Source: Macrostomum lignano (lineage: Eukaryota). Taken from it: a stretch of 64,000 bases of DNA. The translations under genes and the position numbers were made by a program. The stretch spans positions 1 to 64,000 of the forward strand of contig NIVC01000928.1 in the NCBI GenBank assembly GCA_002269645.1, read 5' to 3'. The notes beneath the pieces are model-generated. The model did not search any database. It saw only the letters and a list, made by a program, of their open reading frames with translations, and was not told where the DNA came from. This document shows, in pieces, positions 1 to 11,700 of this stretch (positions are counted from its first letter, which is position 1; each line of letters begins with the position of its first letter).

Positions 1-55
1 AGCTGCGGCTGAGCTGTCGGTTGCACATCTGGCCATTAGGGCAGGTGTAGTCAAC
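1..55 (+). mobile_element. 3' tail of tRNA-derived SINE family A (truncated by window edge)
   Basis: agctgcggctgagctgtcggttgcacatctggcc is identical to the 3' end of the copy at 5481-5724. The following ggcaggtgta matches the end of the copy at 17209-17453. Confidence 0.6.
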
Positions 56-189
56 TATTCTCATTATTAATATAACACTCGATTGGTACGAGCGTATTGT
101 TAACAAAAGTACGCGCGGTTATATCTTCATAGGAAAAACTGGGTCCATATTCGCAATACGGAAATGATCACACTGCAGACTCGGAACTG

Positions 190-1212
190 GAGCTCGCCGG
201 TACCATGGAAAATGTATAAAAAAAACGTTTTGTCTTTGACACCGCGATCGGCGCGAACTGTGCATGTCAGATGGTGCTCCGCCGCAGCAGATATATCGCA
301 AGACGATAAGATCCGAATCAGCTATCGCAAAAGACGTGATAACCTCTTTTAGGCAGTTATACGTAATTCAATACGTACCTAACTGCTCCACCAGGACTTT
401 CTCACTCAGAGACAGCCCCCCACACCCGAGACCTTGACCGAATCGCCTCATTCTCAGCTCTACTAGAGTGCACTAAAAGTTGCTCACGTAACCGATCTAG
501 CTTCGCAAAGACAAAACAATTTGATGCCAGCTTTCTTGGGAATATATTGACGAAACATGACGCGACCCTGAACAGAACAAGCTCTTCGTCGACACTAATT
601 TTCGCTGCACACACTGCGATATATCTCAGCTACACGCGTAATAAATGGTCTTGCCTTTGCTAGCGTCGTTTTCATCAAAGTTGTTGCAGGCATAGAAGCG
701 CTGCTGGCTACTGATCTGGTACCTGTCCTTGTCAGGCAAGCCAGTTGTTGGAAGAAAGGTGCATGTTGCGTAGAAATCATCTTTGCTCCAATAGTTGGCG
801 ATCCGGGCTTTTTAACTATTCCCATGTAAGCGACACACAACTTCTTCATCTCGTCCACGGTCACGTCTTTCTACGCAGAGAACCTTTGAGGCAGGTTTGG
901 CATCGGGATTGGTCCAAGCGCAGAGCTGTTGCAGTAGGTCAGCCAAAACAGCTTGAAAAACGCAGCTCATCGGCAGTCTCTGGCAAGTCAGGATCCACAC
1001 CAGGCATTCCCAAGAATTCGGGCTCTGCATCTGGCCATTGATCCTGCCCAGCTTCCCGTGCCACCCAAGCATCATTGGCAAGCCTCCGGCGTCTTCATTC
1101 TGGAGATGCAGTCCTCCTCTTCTTCATCTTCACCCTCATCCGCTGTTAGCCAGCCTTCCTCCTCCTCTAGTTCGGAGTCGGTATCCGGATCAAAATGCAC
1201 TTGAGCAGCCAT
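190..1212 (-). pseudogene. Degenerate piggyBac (PGBD-like) transposase, multiply frameshifted and truncated
   Basis: Manual translation across frames gives, in order: acidic N-terminus (MAAQVHFDPDTDSELEEEE), TVDEMKKLCVAYMGIVKKP, NYWSKDDFYAT, KISVDEELVLF / GRVMFRQYIPKKAGIKLFCLCEA, GYHVFCDS*F and CTVRADR. These match the known piggyBac motifs (DYWS, first catalytic D in SVDE, FRQYIP.K..GIK, second D in GYHV..DN.F, GTVR). No TIRs identified. Confidence 0.75.
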
Positions 1213-2009
1213 GACAAACACTGTCCGATACTTGGAAATTATTGCACTAAATAAAGCTGCTGATCGATGATTCAATTAACTAATTGGCACTTGAATTTTA
1301 TCGTGTAGCTTCAAGCTTTCTTGATTTGATGAATCCCACAATTTTGCTGTGTCATTTATACCCACCCACCCGTCTATCCACCCCACCCCACTTTTTTTTT
1401 GCTTTCATGTTTATCTTTTATTGCTACAAGTATAAGCTAATCCGCAAGCTACGTTGGTGAATAGAATCCCAACCAAGCACCAAATCCCAATCATTTGAAT
1501 TCTTGCTCTTATGGTCTGATATCTATAACAATATCAGCACGATTATTATTGACACTTGTTGTAAGCTCAAGCCACGAGTGAAGCAGATGCAAATTGACAG
1601 CCCATTGTTCGTAGCTTCTTTTCTCGCGCAGAGGCTTGTCCCCAGCAGCCCAGTGGGACAGCTCCATCGCCCGGGGCAACGCGGAATGTCTGGCTAGAAC
1701 TTTTCGTCAATATGTGGTTGTAGGCTGTTTCCTACAGGCAGCTCCGAGAGTGGTAACAGAAATTCAAAGGCTTTCTGGAAAGGAAAGCACTTCGTAGAAC
1801 ACACTGAGCGTTTTTGGGAGTGGTTGAGAGCCAATGGGCTTAGTGAGCTGTGTGGTTAGTAGAGTGCAGGAGTCTGTACATTGAGTAGCTCTAGCACCTG
1901 CAGATGACTTTCCCTTCTCCATTGGCTGGGCCATGCTTTTAGTCCATATTTTGTGCGCTTCTGAAGCCAAACTATGGTAAAACAGGCTCGCTTTTTGTTG
2001 CACTTTCAG

Positions 2010-2364
2010 ATCCGACCCAAGCAGAGCCATGAAAGCCAAAGCAAAGCCGGACAAATTGGCCAGCAAGTCGAAGCAGCAAAACGACGGAAAGGCGAGGCAG
2101 CAAAAATCAAAGCAGCCATCGAAGGAGGCCGTGATCAGGTCGAGGTCGGAGCAGCTGCAGCAACAGCAACAGCAGGAGCAGCAGACTTCGCAGCCTCAGG
2201 AGACGCCTCCGGAGCAGCAGCAAGCCAGTAAGCTGAGCGGCTACACCAAAGTTCATCAGGCGATTGACGCGACCCACACTGTGGCGCAGGCGCTGAGTCT
2301 GCTTGGCCTGCGGGAGGCGCCAAAACCCAAGCTGCCAAGGAGGCAGGGAAGGAGGAAAAAGTAA
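2010..2364 (+). CDS. Possible terminal exon of an uncharacterised Q/K-rich protein, convergent with the adenylyl cyclase
   Basis: A pyrimidine-rich acceptor (ttgcactttcag) precedes an open, low-complexity frame (MKAKAKPDK...QQQQQQEQQ...PRRQGRRKK*). No recognisable domain; upstream exons not resolved. Confidence 0.3.
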
Positions 2365-2712
2365 CGACGCGCAGCGTACGAAGTGTCCTGACGACGTACA
2401 ATTATCATTTTTGTGTTTAACATTTCTTTAAACTCTCTTTAGACTCTTTGTATGGAATTGTATCCGTGTTTCACGGAGCTCCACGGTTTTTTATTGTCGT
2501 GAGAAGCGTTCAAACAGATATAAATATTTCTGGCAAAAATTTAAATTAGGAAAGGAAACGCGTGAAAACACTTTGCATTACGACTCGTCAGCCTGTCGAG
2601 TTATCCAATCGAATGCTTAAGCTTTTTCACGCACTGAAGGTGTTTATGATAAAAACGCTTTGATTAGTTCGTATTAAGTACGCTCGTAACTATCCGTGAT
2701 GTGATCTTATTG

Positions 2713-5700
2713 TCACGCCCTCAGATCGCTTTCTTTCCATTGTCCTTTTTCAAGTCGTAGGCGGTGATAACATCCGGCATGGCTTTCTGTACGTACATCA
2801 TCGCGGTCGCGAGGTCCGTCGAGCAGGAAGTGTGTTGTGAGGTGACCAACGCCCTTAACAGTGATGGAGCCCCTGGTCTCAAAGCTGTAGCCTCTCTGTT
2901 CCAGGCCTTCCCGCACGGTTCCCGTCACCTGTATGCGATCTTGAAGTCCGCTGCTCTCCATTCTTGAAGCGATGTTGACCGTGTCGCCCCAGATGTCGTA
3001 CTGGGGCTTGCGCGTGGCGATCACTCCGGCGATTACCACGCCGTGGTTCACTCCTGGGTTGTAAAGTGCTTAAATTTAAAGTAGAACTTGAACATACGCA
3101 GATGCGTTACTTCTCAGTCGCAATAATTTTTACACTCGGTGGAGCAACTAACATCCTGATGTTCTTGGCATTCGACAGCTGAACAATCGCAGACAGTTTT
3201 AAGTATCTCTACATCACCACGAGAACTAAAAGTTTAGTCTATCACTTCAATCAATTTATATGGTTTTAATGCGAAAGGTGTGTGCGATTTTCGCTAAATT
3301 ACTTAAGCAGGGAAGGCACAGTTTCAATTACTTTTAAGTGTGACAACATCCCATACTCTATAAAATGTATTCATTTCAGGAAAATCTGAACAAATGACAC
3401 AATACCAAACAGACACAATTGACACAGTAGCAAACAGACACAACTGACACATTACTAAACAGACACAACTGACACAATACCAAACAGACACAACTGACAC
3501 AATACCAAACAGACACAACTGACAAAATAGCAAACAGACACAACTGACACAATACCAAACAGACACAACTGACACAATACCAAACAGACACAACTGACAC
3601 AATACCAAACAGACACAACTGACACAATACCAAACATACACAACTGACACAATACCAAAACAGACACAACTGACACAATACGCTCGTAGCAAACAGACAC
3701 AACTGACACAATACGCTCGTAGCAAACAGACACAAGATACCAGAGACTAATCAGTGAAGTGGACTCACCGATGCGCATCTTGAACGAGGCGAACAGGTTG
3801 CGATTGTGAATGCAGATGAGACGCAGCAGGGCGAGAGCAAAATCCGCTGTGTCTTCCAGGTGGCGCTGCCGTTGTTTCCTGCGCAGCTCCTGGCCGTCGC
3901 CCGGTGCCGCTGGGTGTCGGCAGACAGGCCGGCAGCCGCCATGTAGGTGGAGCCGATAGTTTTAATTTTCTCCACGCAGCTGAACTGTCGTTGAAGATCG
4001 TCGAAATCTGAGATGATCTCGTTGAGCACTAGGCAGCAGGTCTGCTCATCGAATCTAGCCATGTCCATGTAGTACTCTGAGAAGTTGCAAATGGAAGCGA
4101 AGATCACGGTGGTCTCCCAGCAGTGCTCCGAGTAGATTTCCTGCGAGTTGAGAAAGTGCTCGGCCACGTGAGGCGGCAGGATGTTATTCACAAGCCGTTG
4201 ATTTTTTCGCTTCATCTTCTCCGTGCTCTTGTTGGCCTCGTAGGCTTGAGATTTCCACATGAAGTCAAGCCGGACGGTGATCTCCACCAGGTGAGACTGG
4301 ACCACCACGATGAGCAGAGCGGACAGGATTAACAGGTTGCAGTTGATCCACTGCAGAGGGAAATTATCCCGGTCAGCGCAGCAGTGCTTCTGCACCAAAT
4401 CCACGCTGCGAAAGTCCGAATGAAAAGCGAAAAAGCTGGACAGAAGGTAGATGACGAACATGACCAGTCCGATGGCGGATTTCCACAGGAAACTGCTGTA
4501 GGTGAAGCAGGTCAGGCTGAGGATAGACAGCGAGGCCGAAAATGTTGTGTACTGGAAGTTGGGTTGGAAACGGTTTAGGGATGATTGCAATCGATAACTG
4601 GAAAATCTGTGCTGTTTGCCTATTTTGATATTGTTTCAGCTGTGTCAATTTAGTATTGAGTCTGTTTTTGTCTGTTTAGACTGTTGTGTGTATTTAGTAT
4701 TGTGTCAGTTGTGTCTGTTTGGTATTGTGTCAGTTGTGTCTGTTTGGTATTGTGTCTGTTTAGACTGTTGTGTGTATTTAGTATTGTGTCAGTTGTGTCT
4801 GTTTGCTATTGTGTCTGTTTGGTAGTGTGTCAGTTGTGTCTGTTTGGTATTGTGTCAGTTGTGTCTGTTTGTATTGTGTCTGTTTGGTAGTGTGTCAGTT
4901 GTGTCTGTTTGGTATTGTGTCTGTTTGGTAGTGTGTCAGTTGTGTCTGTTTGGTATTGTGTCTGTTTGGTAGTGTGTCAGTTGTGTCTGTTTGGTATTGT
5001 GTCTGTTTGGTATTGTGTCAGTTGTGTATATTTGGTAGTGTCGAAGCATTGATTTGGTATTGAATGCGACTCGAACACAAATACTCTGAAAGCCACAGTC
5101 AGATACTCCAAATACTACTAACAGTAGCTTAAATGCGTGCAAACTTGTCTGGCAAATTTAAATTTCACACACAGAGCTGAACTCTCACCTCGGGCATCGC
5201 CAGCTCTGCTCGATGGCAGACTCCGTCTGTCAGTGCACTGCTGCTCAGGCAGTAGGAAGTCCAGTTGCTGTCGTGTTGGCTGTTGACGTGGTCCTCCAAG
5301 TCCAAGCAACCAGTTTGTGTGAACTGTAAACGAATTCTTACGCGAAATATAAATTGCGCTTAACTTCAAAAATTCAAGGCTTGCATCAAGGTGAGCCATC
5401 TGTCGGCTATCTGTCGGTTAACAAATTTATTCGCCAACGAAGTCGAGTTGAAAAAGAGGATTTGGTTGTCCAAATCTCAAGGGGTTGCAGCCTAGTGGTC
5501 AGAGCGTCGGACACGCGACTTGAAGGTTGAGGGTTCGATTCCCGATCCCACTGGAACAATTTAATGTTCAACCCAGCTGTAAAATGGGTGCCAGCATTAG
5601 CTGGGGTAATTGAGGGTGTGTGACGACGACCCCCCCCCCCAGTCCTTGGACTGAAAAGCCGTACGCATCGTTCAGATGCGCCGCGCAATAGCTGCGGCTG

Positions 5701-8700
5701 AGCTGTCGGTTGCACATCTGGCCCAATTATTATTTATTATTATCCAAAGATGGCAAACTTTACAGATCAGGCTTGGAGCGGCTTGTAACTAATTTGCAGG
5801 CTGTCATTGCATGCAGTTAAGTAAATATTACAAATAATTATTTCGCAAAACTGTGTTACCTTGGGAACCAAGATTGACACGAGATTAGCCACCATTCCGA
5901 TCAGTATGGAGCCGTTGACAAAAATTGACCAAATGTGTCCGCTCGCGATTTTCTGAAAAAAAAATAAAAATGTGTCAAAATGCTTACCTCTACTATGTAA
6001 GTAGACTAATGCGGATTTTAAATTCGCAACTCACCATTCGATCTGTTGTGAAGGCCACAGCGCAGGCGAACAGCGTGGTTAAGGTGACGAACGAGAACAG
6101 GTAAATTGGCACCATGGTCATCGAGCTGGAATGAGCGCGAGTTAATTGGTGAAAAGCATCTCATAAAACCAGCCTAAATGCTGGATTGTTTGCATTTGAT
6201 TGGCATTGGGAAATGACAATAAGGGGAAAAAGGCTGAGTTGAGCTATCGACACTTCAGGATTCAAGTCGAGTGCTCTGCAAAGTTTGCAATAAGCACTTT
6301 ATGAGTCTCATTTAGAAGAGAGAGCAGGGCTCGTAACAGTTGAAAAATTATGGTCAAGTGAGAGACTTGGAAACTTCTGCAGTCTGGCTGAAGTCTCATA
6401 TCCTGGCTGTCTATGGGGATGATGAGCAGCTTTGATTAGCAGGTTGGTCCAAATTTGATGGCACTGTTGCCAAAACTAGAAATTCACTCGCTTTAACAGT
6501 TCAATATTAGTCCGCACCTCGAATCCACCGCCAGTCTGCATACCCTCAACCTGTCTACCAATCTGTGTCCCTATCTACCAATCTGTGTTCCTATCTACCA
6601 ATCTGTGTTCCTATCTACCAATATGTGTCCCTATCTACCAATCTGTGTTCCTATCTACCAATCTGTGTTCCTATCTACCAATATGTGTCCCTATCTACCA
6701 ATCTGTGTTCCTATCTACCAATCTGTGTTCCTATCTACCAATCTGTGTTCCTATCTACCAATATGTGTCCCTATCTACCAATCTGTGTTCCTATCTACCA
6801 ATCTGTGTTCCTATCTACCAATCTGTGTTCCTATCTACCAATCTGTGTTCCTATCTACCAATCTGTGTTCCTATCTACCAATCTGTGTTCCTATCTACCA
6901 ATCTGTGTTCCTATCTACCAATCTGTGTTCCTATCTACCAATCTGTGTTCCTATCTACCAATCTGTGTTCATATCTACCAATCTGTGTCCCTATCTACCA
7001 ATTTGTCTCCTTATCTTCCTATCTGTTCTCTATATCTACCAATCTAGCTCCCTATCTACCAATTTGTCTTCCTGTCCCTACCTACCAATCTGTTCTCCCA
7101 ATCTACCAATCTGTGTCCCTATCCACCAATATGTCTTCCTACCAACCTATACCAATCTGCCTCCCTATCTAGTACACATTAATTCACAATCAATTATCTA
7201 TCTCCAACTATACCCACACTGAACTTACCTACGCTGAGTCAGAATTTGAACGCAAAACGTGCCAGTGAGAAAGGCCAACAGAAGACAGCTGACTTCAATG
7301 GAGAAGTAGGGATCTCTCACGGTGCCGAACTGCAGATAGAGAGTTGCAGCGAAATGAACAAAATATATAAGGATGGTTAGGCTGTAACTATGAAGTTGAC
7401 CCAGTTTATAATCCAAACTTTAACTCACACAGTGGGCAATAGTCTGACCTAGACTGTGACCTAGACTGTGACCTAGTCTGTCAACCAGCCTGTGACCCAG
7501 ACTGTGACCCAGACTGAGACCCAGACTGTGACCCAGATTACGAGTATGACCCAGACTGTGACTCAGACTGTGACCCAGACTGTGACCCGGACTGTGACCC
7601 AGACTGTGACCTAGTCTGTGACCTAGACTGTGACCCAGACTGAGACCCAGACTGTGACCCAGATTATGACCCAAACTGTGACCTAGTCTGTGACCTAGAC
7701 TGTCAACCAGCCTGTGACCCAGCCTGTGACCCAGACTGAGACCCAGACTGTGACCCAGACTGTGACGTAGTCTGTCACCTAGACTGTGACGTAGTCTGTC
7801 ACCTAGACTGTGACCTAGTCTGTGACCTAGACTGTGACCCAGACTGAGACCCAGACTGTGACCCAGATTATGACCCAAACTGTGACCCAAACTGTGACCC
7901 AAACTGTGACCCAGACTATGGCTTTTATCAACAATAATCCTGATAAAAATATTCCCGACCTTCTTTTCCAGCCGGGGAAGCTTGAACCGCAGGTTGACGG
8001 GGTGGCAGTGCTCCTGGTACAAGCTGTCGATGGTATGAGACTGGATTGCCGAGCTCAACGCTTCGTTGATTACTGCATCATTGACGCTTCGAGTTCGGTT
8101 GCCGTGATCATCGACTCCCATTCTAGTGGCGATTGTTTAGAGTAGAGTAAAGTCGAGAAGAGTAGAATAGAATAGAGTAGAGTAGAGTAAAGTAGATAAG
8201 AGTAGAGTAGAATAGAGAAGAGTAGAGTAGACAAGAGTAGACTAGAGTAGAGTAGAGTAAAGTAGATAAGAATAGGGTAGAGTAGAGTAGAGTAGAGTAG
8301 AGAGTAGAGTAGACTAGACTAGACTAGACTAGACTAGAGTAGAGTAGAGTAGAGTAGAGTAGAGTAGAGTAGACTAGACTAGACTAGACTAGACTAGACT
8401 AGACTAGACTAGACTAGACTAGAGTAAACTAAAGTAGAGTAGAGTAAGGAGTAGAGTAGAATAGACTAGACTAGAGTAGACTAGACTAGAGTAGAGTAGA
8501 GAAGAGTAGAGTAGAATAGAGCAGAGAAGAAACAAGCAGACTAGAGCAGAGAGTAGAATAGACAGTAGCAAAGCACCAATGAAGCCAGGTATGCAAAAGC
8601 AAAACTGACCCAGCCACCTTTTATGAATGTGAGATGCCGGCCGCCTTCCCTGACCAGCAGGTTCTGCTGCATCGCCGCAGTGCTGAGGCTGCTGCTGCTG

Positions 8701-11700
8701 GTCAGCCGGCACCACCAGAAAAGTTTTCACCCGATGCTCTCTCAGATAAGCGTGCCGGCTTTCACCTTCGCCGTCCTCAAAGCTGTAATCTCCGCCGAGG
8801 CTGTCGCGGGTCACCTCGGTGATGTGCACCCGGCCAGGCCGGCCGCTGGACTCCAGGATCTCCGCCAGGTAGACGTCGCCCGACCAGACGTCGAACTGCA
8901 GTTTGTCGCGGCCGAGAACTCCGCAGATCACCGTGCCGGTGTGAATACCGACTCTCATGTCCACCGGGGCGTTGGTCATCACGCGGACTAGTCTGCCGAT
9001 ATGTATCGATAATAGAATTAAAGCCAAGCAGATTTAAAAAATTTGCCGATATGTATCGAAGTTAAAATAAAATCCTGTCTATTATACATGGCCTATCTTA
9101 TATAAATGTTCCCGTATATAGGGTTTGCCAATTAGGAGCCGTAGCCCAGTGGTCCAGCGCGGCGCTCTGATGTACCAGCGGCCCAGGCTCGATTCCCAGT
9201 GTAGCCACACATTAATTTGGGGCTAAATTGGAATCTCGGCTTGGCTCTGCTCGGGCAATTAACGCCCTTGAGAACCAACCCCCCCCCCCAAGGCGCAGTG
9301 AAGTGTACATGCCTAACGATAAATAAAGTCGGGGCCACTGTACACTCCTGTGTGAGTGCCTGTGCGTATGACTGCGTACGTGTCTGGGCGCTTGTGTGCC
9401 TGCTCAGGGGAGTCGGCGGAATGGGCAGTAATGCCTCTCGCCGGTTGTGTGACAATTTCGCCTAAAGTGCGCTTAAAGTCCCCTTTGCTGGCTGCCTCTA
9501 GGTTAGCCAGTTTAGGAGTTTTACCGATATGTATCGAAAGTCAATTTAAATTACACGTTCAATATGTATCGAAGATTGAGTGGGAATAACACTCATTTTC
9601 AAACATTGCCGATATGTATCAAAACTGAGCTTACTCATAAATCATTTTCAAGCTCGTACTCGTATTTTAATAAGTCATGAGCATAAACTGACACTTTAAA
9701 ATTTTATTAGCCCGCCCAGGCAGTCATATTTTATCGATGATGAAGAGCTGCTCCACAGTCCAATAAATTATGCTGGAGTTCGGCCTGAAGCCGGGGCTGC
9801 CGTCCGAAATTCGGGACTCCCGCTGAATCTGGGCCGCTGTGCCCAGGATTTGGACCGCAACAGCATGTACAGTCTGAGCCATGTGGGCTGGCCTTCATGG
9901 GTGTGAATTGACAGACCCCCCCCAAGCACCAAACGAACGCGTTTACGCACAAAATCCAACCAAGGGCCGTGTGGTGCAAAAGTCAAAAATAAAATTTCAA
10001 GCTCATGAAACTTTAAGCTTGTGAAAGTCGCACGAAAAAAAACTGGTGCTGATGATATCGAATGTCACATCGTCGAAACTAAACTTTAATAATCTTAATT
10101 ATTAAAACGTTTGAGGCCCACTCACGATATGGTGGAGATCATGTCCAAGCCCATCTCAACGCAGCACTTGGCGTGGTCGGCCCTGGGTTCCGGCAGTCCG
10201 GACACGCAGTAGTAGCAGTCACCCAGCAGCTTGATCCGCAGGCAGTTGTTGCTTTCAGCCAGCTGGTCGAATCTGGCAAACAGAACGTTGAGCAGCCGGA
10301 CGATGAACTCCGGGTCGTTCTGACGACACAGCGTGGTGAAACCGCAGATGTCCGCAAACAGAATGCTGGAAATGCCGAGTCATCTTGGTTCAATTCTGTG
10401 CATTCAAAAAACTAATCATTGATTAGTTATCGAGCCAGCATGACACACTGTAGCACTGACGCATAGTTCTCATTCATGGTCATTGTGACACGAGGCGAAG
10501 TCGGAATTTTGCAGGAAATTTGAAGAGGCCATCAAGATAAGTCGAGTGCTTAGGTCGAAGTGCATAAGTAACTCTCTGGGATTTTAGAGATGCCGACAGC
10601 CTTGAGAGCTGAAAATTAGCTGCTTAAGGATTAAGAAGTTCTTAATGACGACAGGTAAAAGTCTCAGTCAGAGCCGGCTACGGCCTGTTGACCTGAGTTT
10701 GAGGGAGTTATTCGCACTGCATAGTCTCTGCAGTTCCGCCCTTTGCTTGCCTCATCCTCTTTAGGCTCTCCTTCTCCGTCTAAAGCTGTCTGTTTTCACT
10801 TCGTGACTCCGACTTTGAATTTTCATTTCCAGCATCTTTGCTCGTCCCCTCTTGTTCCTCGTTCAGCCTCCACCAGAGATTAATATAGCCTGCATAATAA
10901 GTGTACACCAGGCAATGCAGCTACACCTGCCAAAGTCAACGAATCAAAAAAACAGCCCGACCCAGCTTGTGAAATGCAAACATGCAGCTACTGTATGCAT
11001 GAAGTAGAAAGTTCCACTTTAACTATTTTATATTTGTACGAATTCTCTTTTGGCTACCAGTTTAGAAGATGTTTAATCTAGTGGGTAAAGTGGGTATAGT
11101 AAGCCTCAGCATTAGCTTCAGAAGTTGCTAAAATCAAAATTAGATTGTATCTTACTTAAGTACGAAAGGTACTTAAATATACTTCAGTATTATTCATTTT
11201 TCGCACTCAGTCATGCGTACAAAAAATTCAGATGTACATTTGGCCTTCGCTGGGGGGGGGACGAAATTCAGATGTACATTTGGCCTTCGCGGGGGGGGGA
11301 CGAAATTCAGATGTACATTTGGCCTTCGCGGGGGGGGGACGAAATTCAGATGTACATTTGGCCTTCGCGGGGGGGGATGAAATTCAGATGTACATTTAGC
11401 CTTCGCGGGGGGACGAAATTCAGATGTACATTTGGCCTTCGCGGGGGGGACGAAATTCAGATGTACATTTGGCCTTCGCGGGGGACGAAATTCAGATGTA
11501 CATTTGGCTATATACTTGATCTTGGTCTATATACCAAGAAATTGATTAATTAAACAAAACATTAAAAACAAAACACGTCTTAGAAACCGAATGTTGCTAC
11601 TCACCTAACATTTTCATGTCTCTGTATGTAAACTTTGTTAAACATCGATCTGTGCGCTGGATTCTTCTCGGGATGTAGCAGCGGAGACGCCACGTACTCC

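Noticed and set aside
5481-5555. tRNA gene
   Set aside because: It has A/B boxes but no clean cloverleaf and continues into a body repeated elsewhere, so it is a SINE head.
5982-5993. Micro-exon (catag|tagag|GTAAGC) within the 82-nt cyclase intron
   Set aside because: 5 nt would break frame, the flanking introns would be about 35-42 nt, and the neighbouring exons already join in phase 0.
9400-9460. HDV-like ribozyme in the SINE B 3' block (ggcggaatgggc…gcctctcgccggt)
   Set aside because: The motif order is wrong and I could not build P1, P1.1 and P2 pairings; an Infernal/RNArobo search would be decisive.
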